Source: Spirochaetia bacterium (GTDB lineage: Bacteria > Spirochaetota > Spirochaetia > SZUA-6 > Bin103). Taken from it: a stretch of DNA of 64,000 bases. Made by a program: the position numbers and the translations under genes. The notes beneath the pieces are model-generated. The model was not told the DNA's origin and ran no database searches. It was given only the letters and a program-made list of their open reading frames with translations. Where the stretch lies: contig CBDBDQ010000005.1 in assembly GCA_965203905.1 (NCBI GenBank), positions 4,928,001 to 4,992,000 on the forward strand, written 5' to 3'. This document shows positions 50,175 to 59,027 of the stretch, piece by piece. Numbering within the stretch: the first letter of the stretch is position 1; each line of letters starts with the position of its first letter.

Positions 50175-50231
50175 CGCCAGCCGGCCGTTGGTTGCCCTCT
50201 GAGCCGCCGGTCCTCCGCCCCGGTCTGCTTC

Positions 50232-51542
50232 CTATTCGGCGAGCGAGCGGTCTATCTCTTCCTTGGCCCGCGCCAGGGTGTCCCGAATGTCGCCATCGGA
50301 GAGCAGGATCTCCTGCATAGCCCTCTTGAGCGGCTCGGACACGTCCGCGTATTTCTGGTAGTTGGCCAGCGGTATCGAATACCCCAGCAGCTCTTCCCAG
50401 AGCGCGGACTGCGGAATGGTCTTCGCGCCTTCGGTTTCCGACCACCCGGCACGGGGAATGGTGTCGCCAGTTTCCAGGAGATTGCGCGACGGGAACGAGG
50501 TGAGGAAATCAGCCAGCTTCCACGCCTCTGCCTTGTGCTCGCTGGTGCTCGAGACCACCCATGCCCAGCTCGTGGTCGAGATCGGCGGGTCGGCCCCCTG
50601 ATAGGTGGGGTAGGGTATCGCGTGGAAGGTCCCGGGCGCGACATCGTGTTGCCTGGTCCAGCGCGGCGGTCCCCACTGCCCCGTGACTGCCATCGAGATG
50701 TTGCCGGTGGGAATCGTCGACACGTGGAAGTCCGAAGCCGAGGCCAAGTCCTTGTCGGCCAGGCCATCGTCGAAGCGGCGCTTTATCTCCTCCATGGCGC
50801 CCACTACGGCGTCGCTGGTGATCAGAGACTCGCTCTGATCGGCGTTGAGGATGGAGCCGCCGCGGGCACGTACGATGGGCTCCAGCTCCAGCAGGTACCA
50901 GGCAGCGGACAGCGCGAAGGGAAACGACAGCGCCTCGCGCGTGATCCTGCCGCTGGCGTCCTTCTGCACCAGCTTCTGCCCGACCTCGTACACGTCCTCC
51001 CAGTACCGGGGGGCATCTCCCTCGGGATCCAGGCCCGCGTCCCGGAAGTGCTCGGTGTTGATCGAGTACGAGTAGATGTTGAACTGCCAGGGTATGCCAT
51101 AGTAATTGTCGCCGATCTGATACGCCTCCAGCACGCCTCCCGCCCACTGCTGCTTCAGCCCGTCGAGCGACGAGACGCCAAACTGCTCCAGCGCCGCGCC
51201 GTCTATCGGTGCCATGGCGCCGTTCTCGTGGTACGTGAACAACTGGCGATAGGTCATGGCGAACAGATCGGGCGCGTCGCCGGTGGCGATGGCGGTGGGC
51301 AGCTTCTGATTCATGTAGATCTCGTGCTGCGAGTTGTCCATCTGCACCCTGATGTTGGGGTTCTCGGCTTCGAACTCGCTGAGATACTCCTTGAAGAGAA
51401 CGTTCTGCGGACCGCCCTCCTCCATGTGGTTCCACCACACCAGCGACACCTGCTGAGCCGCTGCCTCTTCCTGTGCTGCGCCAAACACCGAGGCCGCAGC
51501 CGAGAACAAGGCCAGCCCTGCCAGTACACACAAGAGTCTCAT
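50232..51542 (-). CDS. Carbohydrate ABC solute-binding protein (family 1)
   Basis: AGGAGG RBS, signal peptide, FEAENPNIRV, GDAPDL, YYGIP. Confidence 0.9.
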   Translation of the reverse strand: MRLLCVLAGLALFSAAASVFGAAQEEAAAQQVSLVWWNHMEEGGPQNVLFKEYLSEFEAENPNIRVQMDNSQHEIYMNQKLPTAIATGDAPDLFAMTYRQLFTYHENGAMAPIDGAALEQFGVSSLDGLKQQWAGGVLEAYQIGDNYYGIPWQFNIYSYSINTEHFRDAGLDPEGDAPRYWEDVYEVGQKLVQKDASGRITREALSFPFALSAAWYLLELEPIVRARGGSILNADQSESLITSDAVVGAMEEIKRRFDDGLADKDLASASDFHVSTIPTGNISMAVTGQWGPPRWTRQHDVAPGTFHAIPYPTYQGADPPISTTSWAWVVSSTSEHKAEAWKLADFLTSFPSRNLLETGDTIPRAGWSETEGAKTIPQSALWEELLGYSIPLANYQKYADVSEPLKRAMQEILLSDGDIRDTLARAKEEIDRSLAE

Positions 51543-51736
51543 AGCCCCTCCTGCACAATCGCAGCCGGCCACTGGGTCCGGCTGAACGACACGAAGCGAG
51601 TCACTCGCCCGAGCGACTTACGCCTTGGAACCTTCGACTATGGCTCCGAGGTGCGGACCTGTCAAGCTCACCCCCCGGGCCGGGACGGACCGGAGTTGGC
51701 ATGGGAGAAACAGGGCTGCAAGCCTATACTGGGGGT

Positions 51737-51930
51737 TAGTCTTCGAGGGAGCGCGAAGTAGGCCGGCGATGCACTGGTGTAGCGCCCTGCGGCGAACCCG
51801 TTGTCAAGCTTGGTCCCGAGGCCCGTGGCGTTGTCATTGGTGAGGCTCAGCCCGCGACCGGTTGCGGTGGTGATCCATCCCGATAAGGAGAATGCGCAGT
51901 TGCTTCACGCCTTGGCCGCTCCACTCATTC
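51737..51930 (+). ncRNA. Candidate IS110 bridge RNA (boundaries approximate)
   Basis: Follows a TATACT box (51725); has segments matching the reconstructed donor junction and target site. Confidence 0.5.
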
Positions 51931-51942
51931 CCAGGAGGAGTC

Positions 51943-53337
51943 ATGGCACGACGCAAACGCAGAAGCAAACGCAGCGGCAAGGGCAATCGCTCGGCGCAGC
52001 CGCAGGTGGTGCACCCCGAGGCGGCAGGCCTGGATGTGGGCGCCACCATGATCTACGCGGCGGTACGCGCTGAGCGCGCCGAGCAGCCGATCCAATCGTT
52101 CCCGACCTTTACCCGCGATCTGCATGCCTTGGCCGATTGGCTGAGTACCTGCCAGGTAACCACGGTGGCCATGGAGTCGACCGGCGTGTACTGGATCCCG
52201 GTGCACCAGATCCTGGAAGCACGCGGCTTCGAGGTGGTGCTGGTCAACGCTCGCCACGTGCGCTCGGTGCCCGGTCGCAAGAGCGACGTCGAGGACTGCG
52301 AATGGCTGCGTTGCCTGCACTCGGTAGGGTTTCTGCGCGGCTCGTTCCGACCGGCTGACGAGGTATGTGCGGTGCGCTCCTTGTTGCGCCATCGCGACAG
52401 CGTGATCAAGACCGCCTCCCGCAGCGTACTGCACATGCAGAAGGCGTTCGATCAGATGAACGTCCATCTGCACCACGCGATCTCCGATCTGACCGGGCTC
52501 AGCGGCCTGGCCATCACCGACGCCATCCTGGACGGAGAGCGCGACCCGACGCGCTTGGCGAAGCTGGCGCACCCGCGGATCAAGGCCAGCCGTGCCACCC
52601 TGATCAAGGCTCTGGAGGGTGATTGGCGCAGCGAACATCTGTTCACCTTGCGCCACGCACGCCAGACCTATGCGCACTACCAGCAGCTCATCAGTGAGTG
52701 TGACCAGGAGATCATGGCCCGCATCCGCGCGTTCGAGCAGACCCAGGAGCCGCCCGCCGCGACCGCTACCGACCAGCAACCGCCGGAATCCCCTGAACCG
52801 GGCCCGGAACCGCCTGCGTCGCCTCCGCAAGCGTGCAACATGAAAGCCCACCTGACGCGGTTGTTCGGCACCGACCTGACCCTCATTCCCGGTATCGGCG
52901 ACACTACCGCGCTGGTGCTGTTCAGCGAACTCGGCCCCGATCTGTCACGCTTTCCGAGCGCCGCGCAGTTCGCATCCTGGTTGAACCTCTGTCCGCAGAA
53001 CAAGATCACCGGCGGCAAGGTGATCAGCTCTCAGACGGGGCCCGGCGCCAACCGTGCGGCACAGGCGCTGCGCATGGCAACCCAGACCCTGTACCGCAGC
53101 CACTCCGCGCTCGGTGACTTCTTCCGCCGCAAGCGGGCCCGCGTCGGCTCCCCGCAGGCGATTACCGACACCGCCCACAAGCTGGCGCGCATCATCTACC
53201 ACCTGGTGACCCGCCACGTCCTCTACGATGACAACGTTCTGCTCCAGCAACAGCGCCAGGACCGTAAACGCCATGAACGGCGACTTCGAAATCAGGCCCG
53301 CGCTCTCGGCTTCAAACTCGTTCCGGAGGCTGCCTGA
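51943..53337 (+). CDS. IS110 family transposase (DEDD RuvC + Tnp domain)
   Basis: GLDVG, AMESTGVYW, GRKSDVED, IPGIG, FASWLNLCP, AHKLARIIY; AGGAGG RBS. Confidence 0.95.
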   Translation: MARRKRRSKRSGKGNRSAQPQVVHPEAAGLDVGATMIYAAVRAERAEQPIQSFPTFTRDLHALADWLSTCQVTTVAMESTGVYWIPVHQILEARGFEVVLVNARHVRSVPGRKSDVEDCEWLRCLHSVGFLRGSFRPADEVCAVRSLLRHRDSVIKTASRSVLHMQKAFDQMNVHLHHAISDLTGLSGLAITDAILDGERDPTRLAKLAHPRIKASRATLIKALEGDWRSEHLFTLRHARQTYAHYQQLISECDQEIMARIRAFEQTQEPPAATATDQQPPESPEPGPEPPASPPQACNMKAHLTRLFGTDLTLIPGIGDTTALVLFSELGPDLSRFPSAAQFASWLNLCPQNKITGGKVISSQTGPGANRAAQALRMATQTLYRSHSALGDFFRRKRARVGSPQAITDTAHKLARIIYHLVTRHVLYDDNVLLQQQRQDRKRHERRLRNQARALGFKLVPEAA

Positions 53338-53434
53338 ATGCTTGGTTTCTAAGGAGATCATCGGGCCGGAGCCGGACCTGGCCGGACCGGACGGTCCGGG
53401 CTGCCCCGCAGGCCCATACGCCAACTGATTGCAG

Positions 53435-54535
53435 TCAGGCGGACCCGCGGAGGAGCCGTGCTGCCGCCACCTCGTTCTTGAGCTTCGTGTAGACCTCGTC
53501 GATGCCGACCTCCGCCGCCGAGCCGGGGGCAAAGCCGCAGTCGGGGTTCAGGGTGATGCGCTCGGCGGGTACGTGGCGCAGGGCCTGCTCGACACGACTG
53601 ACGATCTCCTGAGGGGAGTCCACCTGCCCCGGGGCCACGCTGACACAGCCGAGGCCGATCTCCAGGTCCTCGCGCAGTTGGCGCAGCACCTCCACGTCAC
53701 CCGCCTGGGGTGCCGTGAACTCCATCGTCAGGTGCTGCACTCGTAGCCGGTTCAACTGGCCGACGATGGGCCCGTAGCCGCCGCTGAACGCCTCCTCTCC
53801 GCGCGCCCGTGCGCCCGCTCGCCGGCACAGGTGCACGGCGGTGCGGATCCCTGCGATGCCATCCACTACCTCGTTCACCGTGTCGACCGCGAAGTCCGCC
53901 GCGCGATCGGCGTCGTAGTACCCGGCGCGCACCCCGGGGTCCACGAACAGGCACAGATGTGGATCGTCGATCTGGGCGATGTCGGCACCGGCGTCGCGGA
54001 TCAGCTCCAGCTCGCGGCGGAGGATGGGAACGCAATCACGAACGAATGCCTCGCGCGTGGGGTACGCGGGCGCGGACAGCTCGGGGTCCCACATCCGTTC
54101 TCCCAGCAACGCGGGTGCCGGGAGCGTGGCCTTGACCTGGCGGTCGGTGATGCCGCGCAGGAACGAGATCTCTCTGGCGATGAACCCTGGTTCCCTGGGC
54201 GCCAGGCGGTCGACGACTACGGTCCAGGGACGCCCGTCGGCGGGGTTGGTGCCGAGCTCGAAGCCGTGAGCCAGCTCGGCAATCACGCCGATATACGAAC
54301 GGCGCCGCCACTCGCCGTCAGTCACCACGTCGAGACCGGCGTGCTCCTGCAGGCGCACGATGTAGCCGACGGCGGCGTCCATCGCCCGCCGGTACTCATC
54401 CGGGTCCAGAGCCTCCTCGGCGCCGAGCAGATCGCGTACGAACCCGGACCGTGGCATCGAACCGACCACTGAGGTCGTGAAGCGGCCGTGGCCGCTGCTC
54501 GGGCTGCCGGCGCCGGCGCCGGTGTCGCTGCTCAT
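53435..54535 (-). CDS. Cobalamin-independent methionine synthase II family protein (MetE C-terminal-like)
   Basis: VVGSMPR, DVVTDGEWRR, QIDDP, Zn ligands HLC, E, PDCG. Confidence 0.85.
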   Translation of the reverse strand: MSSDTGAGAGSPSSGHGRFTTSVVGSMPRSGFVRDLLGAEEALDPDEYRRAMDAAVGYIVRLQEHAGLDVVTDGEWRRRSYIGVIAELAHGFELGTNPADGRPWTVVVDRLAPREPGFIAREISFLRGITDRQVKATLPAPALLGERMWDPELSAPAYPTREAFVRDCVPILRRELELIRDAGADIAQIDDPHLCLFVDPGVRAGYYDADRAADFAVDTVNEVVDGIAGIRTAVHLCRRAGARARGEEAFSGGYGPIVGQLNRLRVQHLTMEFTAPQAGDVEVLRQLREDLEIGLGCVSVAPGQVDSPQEIVSRVEQALRHVPAERITLNPDCGFAPGSAAEVGIDEVYTKLKNEVAAARLLRGSA

Positions 54536-55290
54536 GGGTCGCCACGCCAGTGAGTCTGGGCCAGCTCGAAGTCCTGCTGCGTGTCGATCTCCAGGTACTC
54601 ACCGGCCGTGTCGACGTGCGCCACGTGCTCACCCGCTTCGATCATCTCCTGGAAGAGGTGGATGAGATACGCCTTCTCGAACACCGCCGCCTCGCGAAAC
54701 GGCCTGCCGGCATACCGCTCACGGGCGCGGTGATAGTGCTGCCGCAGCGCAGCCGCGCCGGCGGCGGAAAACCTCGCCACGCCTATGTACTCACCGTGCG
54801 CCTGGGTTGGTTCGATCGCGCGATGCACGCGCGTAATCCGCCCGTTGCGGGAGGTCACCTTCTCGGCGTCGTCCGGCGGATGCTCGGTGCGAAGTCGGTA
54901 CCGGGACAGCCAGTCGGTGTCGACGACCAGCGAGATGTCGGCCTCGCTTGCCAGCAGCTTCGCGACTACCCGTGGCGTGTAGAGGATATCCGCGTAGCTG
55001 CAGATGAACGGCCCATCCATCTGGTCCTCGGCATACATGAGTGAGGTGAGAATGTTGTTGCTTTGCCACTCGGTGTTGTGACGCAGCGTCAAGCTCGGGT
55101 AGGCGGCGCGCACGGCGGCAATCTGGTACCCGCCCACGAAGCAGACGTCGTCGATACCGTTCGCGGCCAAGGCCTCCAGGACCCAATCGAGGATGCGCTT
55201 GCCCTGCACCTCGGCAAAACACTTCGGGGCGTCCGCGGTGGTAGGCATGAGTCTTTGTCCGCGACCGGCACCGATGATGATAGCTCGCAC
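54532..55290 (-). CDS. LicC-like phosphocholine/phosphonate cytidylyltransferase family protein
   Basis: IIGAGRGQRL, PKC, SYADI, GEYIG, EIDTQQD; ATGA overlap with the MetE-like gene. Confidence 0.82.
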   Translation of the reverse strand: MRAIIIGAGRGQRLMPTTADAPKCFAEVQGKRILDWVLEALAANGIDDVCFVGGYQIAAVRAAYPSLTLRHNTEWQSNNILTSLMYAEDQMDGPFICSYADILYTPRVVAKLLASEADISLVVDTDWLSRYRLRTEHPPDDAEKVTSRNGRITRVHRAIEPTQAHGEYIGVARFSAAGAAALRQHYHRARERYAGRPFREAAVFEKAYLIHLFQEMIEAGEHVAHVDTAGEYLEIDTQQDFELAQTHWRGDP

Positions 55291-55344
55291 GACGATGGCT
55301 CACTGGACGGTGGCACGTCGGCCCTGGCGCGTCAAGCGAGCTGG

Positions 55345-55449
55345 CGCTCGCTCTGGCTTTTCATCCCCGGTCGGTCTATCGTGGTCACCGTGTTGGCTAA
55401 CAAATTCGTCGGCGACGGGTTGCGCGAGGCCGCGGATCCCCATGCCTGA
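55345..55449 (+). pseudogene. Degenerate 3' end of an OppC-like permease
   Basis: LWLFIPGRSIVVTVLANKFVGDGLREAADPHA*; its stop overlaps the sialidase start region. Confidence 0.75.
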
Positions 55450-56725
55450 GCATCGCGAGCGCAACGAGCGGCCGTTTTACGAACGCGTGCGGGTGTGGGA
55501 TGAGGATCCGGATGTCGCCGCCGAAGGGTGCTATCTCGAGTCGACGCCATCCGGTGACGTGCTGGCGTTTGGCCATAAGCTGGCCCGGGCGCGCATGCCT
55601 GGCGGCGCCGACCACGGCTTCCCGTGGCTGCATCTGCGGGCGCGCAGCCGGGATGGCGGTCGCACCTGGATTATGGAAGAGACCAAGTGGTGGGAGCCGG
55701 AAACCCGGGCAGCCCGGGCCAGCGTCGTGGACGCCGCAACCGGCGAGATCTTCCTGTTCAATCAAGGCACCTATCCCCTGCAGGACGACGCCGGCCACCC
55801 CATGTCCGAGTCGTGGCTGATACAAAACCATGAGCTGGCCCGCGCGCGCGGCTCGCGCATGGTCATGGAGCGCAGCCGGGATGGTGGCAGCACCTGGGAC
55901 ACGGTCGACATGACCGAGCAGTTCTTCACCTATCCGGGTGCCGGGCTGGCGTGGTTCATCGGCGGCGGCATCCAGCTTCGGCGCGGCCGCCACGCCGGCC
56001 GGCTGCTGGTGCCCGCCCGCTACTTCACGGGCGACTGGCAGGAGGTGGACCCCGACCAGCACCGGATCCTGTACTACCACCCGGCGCTGGGCCAGGTCTA
56101 CGACGACGGCGAAGGGCAGGTCGCCCAGGTCCTCGACAGCGAGGCCCACAATGCCGTGATCTACAGCGACGACCATGGCGAGACCTGGTGCTGGGGCGGC
56201 AGCTCCCAGGGCTACGTGGGTGAAGCCTGCATCGTGGAGCTGGCCGACGGCGCCGTCTACCTGAACAACCGCAACCACGACCCGCGCAGCCTCGGGTACC
56301 GGTCGTGGTGCATCAGCCGCGACGGCGGCGAGAGCTTCACCGAGTTTGGCGTCGACCGGACGCTTGTCGAGGGACGGTGCCACGCCGCGCTGACGCGTTA
56401 CCCGGCTGCTGCGCAGCAGGGCGACGGCCCGATTCTGTTCAGCAACCCCGCCTCGTTCGAAGGCGTTAACCAACTGCATACCCGCGAGATCGGCAGCGCC
56501 GCGCGGCGCGACCTCACGGTGCGGGTGAGCTACGACGAGTGCCGGACCTGGCCGGTGGCACGGCGTATCGACGAGTACGCCACCTACCCCTCGCTGGTGG
56601 TGCTCGACGACGGCACCATCCTGTGCGGTTACGGGCCCTGGGTGTGTCGCTTCAATCTTGCCTGGCTCGAGCTGTCTACTTGTAGGGATCGGCCGCGTCG
56701 CGCAGCCCGTCACCCAGGAAATTGA
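55442..56725 (+). CDS. Sialidase-like (GH33/BNR Asp-box) beta-propeller protein
   Basis: Asp boxes SRDGGRTW, SRDGGSTW, SDDHGETW, SRDGGESF, SYDECRTW; GIQL..GRLLVP; LFSNP; ATYPSL. Confidence 0.82.
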   Translation: MPEHRERNERPFYERVRVWDEDPDVAAEGCYLESTPSGDVLAFGHKLARARMPGGADHGFPWLHLRARSRDGGRTWIMEETKWWEPETRAARASVVDAATGEIFLFNQGTYPLQDDAGHPMSESWLIQNHELARARGSRMVMERSRDGGSTWDTVDMTEQFFTYPGAGLAWFIGGGIQLRRGRHAGRLLVPARYFTGDWQEVDPDQHRILYYHPALGQVYDDGEGQVAQVLDSEAHNAVIYSDDHGETWCWGGSSQGYVGEACIVELADGAVYLNNRNHDPRSLGYRSWCISRDGGESFTEFGVDRTLVEGRCHAALTRYPAAAQQGDGPILFSNPASFEGVNQLHTREIGSAARRDLTVRVSYDECRTWPVARRIDEYATYPSLVVLDDGTILCGYGPWVCRFNLAWLELSTCRDRPRRAARHPGN

Positions 56726-57845
56726 ACGCCAGCACCGTCACCACCACGAAGACTCCCGGAATGAGCAGCCACGGGGTGATGGCGATCACGCGGACGTTCT
56801 GCGCCTGCTGCAGCATCACGCCCCAGCTCACGACCGGCGCACGCAGGCCGATGCCGATGAAGCTGAGAGCCGTCTCGCCCAGGATCATGCCGGGCACCGC
56901 CAGGGTAAGGGAGACGATAAGGTAGCTCATGAATCCGGGCAGCAGGTGGCGGCCGATGATGCTCCCCTCGGTGGCGCCGGAGACAACGGCCGCCATCACG
57001 TAGTCTTCCGCACGGAGCTGCAGGACCTTACCCCGCACGATCCGGGCCAGACCGGTCCAGCCCTTGATCGACAGGATGACGGTAATCATGAAATAGATGC
57101 GAAGTGGAGGCCAGGTGACGGGGATTGCTGCGGCCAGCGCCATCCACATGGGGATGGCGGGCAAGGATTCGAGGAACTCGATTGCCCGTTGGATCACCAT
57201 GTCCACGGCGCCTCCGAAGTAACCCGAAATCCCGCCCATGATGCAGCCGAGAACGAAGCTGATCGCAACTCCGATGAGACCGATCGAGAGGGAGACCCGG
57301 GCGCCGGCGAGAACTCGGGAGAACATGTCTCGCCCCAGCACTTCAGTGCCGAACAGAAACAGCTTGCCGGGCTCTTCCACCCCCATGAGGTGCAGGTCGG
57401 TCTTGAACAGGCCCCAGAACCGGTACTCATCACCGCGCACCAAGAACCTGATCGGATACACCTGCGCCTCGTCCACCTCGTAGATCCGCGCCAGCGTGAC
57501 TGGATCCCTCGAAATCTCGAAGCCGTAGACGAAAGGCGCCCGCAACTTACCCTCGTGGAAAAGATGGACTGCCACCGGCGGGGCCAAAAGGTGTTCGGGG
57601 TGACGCTGAAAGCTCGCATACGGCGCCAGAAAGCCGGCGAAGATCGCGCACAGATAAATCAGGAGCAGGAACACGCCGCCGAATATCGCCACCCTGTGTT
57701 TGACGAACGCGCGCCGCATGAGCACCCAGCTAGAGGCCAGGTAGTAGGCTTCTTCAGCCGCAGTCTCCTGGTGCGATCGCGGACTCTCCTCGAGCTGTCG
57801 CGGCTGCCCCTCGTCGGTATCTCGGTACCTCGTCCTGTCGCTCAT
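56676..57845 (-). CDS. Opp/Dpp-type ABC permease (OppC-like)
   Basis: FGTEVLGRD, ETALSFIGIG, GDGLRDAADPYK. Confidence 0.92.
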   Translation of the reverse strand: MSDRTRYRDTDEGQPRQLEESPRSHQETAAEEAYYLASSWVLMRRAFVKHRVAIFGGVFLLLIYLCAIFAGFLAPYASFQRHPEHLLAPPVAVHLFHEGKLRAPFVYGFEISRDPVTLARIYEVDEAQVYPIRFLVRGDEYRFWGLFKTDLHLMGVEEPGKLFLFGTEVLGRDMFSRVLAGARVSLSIGLIGVAISFVLGCIMGGISGYFGGAVDMVIQRAIEFLESLPAIPMWMALAAAIPVTWPPLRIYFMITVILSIKGWTGLARIVRGKVLQLRAEDYVMAAVVSGATEGSIIGRHLLPGFMSYLIVSLTLAVPGMILGETALSFIGIGLRAPVVSWGVMLQQAQNVRVIAITPWLLIPGVFVVVTVLAFNFLGDGLRDAADPYK

Positions 57846-58840
57846 CGCGCGGTCCGTGCTTCGAACCTGATTCGCGGATCGACGATTACCAGCAGGACGT
57901 CGGAGATCAGCGTCCCGATCATGGCAAGAGTGCTGAGCAGCATGATCATGCTCCCCGCAAGGTACATGTCCTGAGCCTGCAGGGCTTGCAGCAGCAGCGG
58001 GCCTACGGTCGGCAGATTGAGGACGATGGCGGTCAGTGTGGCGCCCGAGACGAGGGTGGGCAGCAGGGCGCCAATCCCGCTGATAATGGGATTGATGGCC
58101 ATCCGGATCGGGTACTTGAACAGCAGCCGTCTCTCAGCCACACCCTTGGCCCTGGCGGTAATCACGTACTGCTTGGTCAGCTCATCGAGCAGTCCACTGC
58201 GGAGCACGCGAATCAGGCCCGCGGTGCCGGAGGTGCCGATCACGATCAGTGGAATCGGCAGGTGCTTGATCAGGTCGATCACCTTGCCAATGCTCCAGGG
58301 AGCCAGTTGATACTCGAAGGTGAACAGACCGCCCACGCTCCAGCCGGTGTACTTGACGACCAGGAACATGAGCAGCAGGGCCAGCAGAAAATTCGGCGTG
58401 GCCAGGCCAAAGAAGCCGAACAGGGTCGCGATGTAGTCGCCGATTGAGTACTGATGCGTGGCGGAATAAATGCCTATCGGCAACGCCACGATATAGATGA
58501 AGATCAAGGTCGACAGCGTCAACGTAACCGTGAGCAGGAAGCGATCTCCGATCAGGCTGTTCACCGGGGCGTTCCAGCGCAGCGAATAGCCCATGTCCCC
58601 CTGCAGCAGGTTGAACAGCCACTTGAAGTAGCGATGATACATCGGTTTGTCCAGGCCGTAGAGTCTCTCCAGGTTTTCGATCTCTTCCTGGGACACGGTC
58701 AATCCTCTGTTCTTCATGTTCTGGATCATCGTCGAAAGATAGTCGCCGGGAGGCAGCTCGATGATCACGAACGCCACGAAGGAGAGCAGCAGGAGCAGGA
58801 TTATCATGTAATAAACCCTGCGCACCAGGTAACTCACCAT
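57842..58840 (-). CDS. Opp/Dpp-type ABC permease (OppB-like)
   Basis: IELPPGDY, ATPNFLLAL, YVITARAKG. Confidence 0.92.
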   Translation of the reverse strand: MVSYLVRRVYYMIILLLLLSFVAFVIIELPPGDYLSTMIQNMKNRGLTVSQEEIENLERLYGLDKPMYHRYFKWLFNLLQGDMGYSLRWNAPVNSLIGDRFLLTVTLTLSTLIFIYIVALPIGIYSATHQYSIGDYIATLFGFFGLATPNFLLALLLMFLVVKYTGWSVGGLFTFEYQLAPWSIGKVIDLIKHLPIPLIVIGTSGTAGLIRVLRSGLLDELTKQYVITARAKGVAERRLLFKYPIRMAINPIISGIGALLPTLVSGATLTAIVLNLPTVGPLLLQALQAQDMYLAGSMIMLLSTLAMIGTLISDVLLVIVDPRIRFEARTAR

Positions 58841-59027
58841 GGCCGGACTCCCGTGCGAGCCAGAGCCCTGGAGCGGCCTGGGGCAGCGGTGCCGGGGGGC
58901 GCGCTACGATCTCGACGCGCAGGCAACTGGAGCCTGGTCCGAAAATGGCGGCCACCGTGCACTGCCTTATGCGCCGTTTTCATGGTCTTCCATATCACGG
59001 AGTGACCGTGGTGACTCCTCGATGGGC

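Larger units (their letters stand above)
51704..53357 (+). mobile_element. IS110-family insertion sequence, apparently complete
   Basis: Transposase with a ~235-nt upstream noncoding end; GGAGA shared at both junctions (51704-51708, 53353-53357); no terminal inverted repeats. Confidence 0.75.

Noticed and set aside
51695-51735. Junction promoter formed on IS110 circularisation
   Set aside because: TATACT is present, but the reconstructed junction puts no recognisable -35 at 16-18 nt spacing
57181-57190. attR-like copy of the tRNA 3' end (ATTGCCCGTT)
   Set aside because: Only 10 nt, inside an intact oppC coding region; expected by chance
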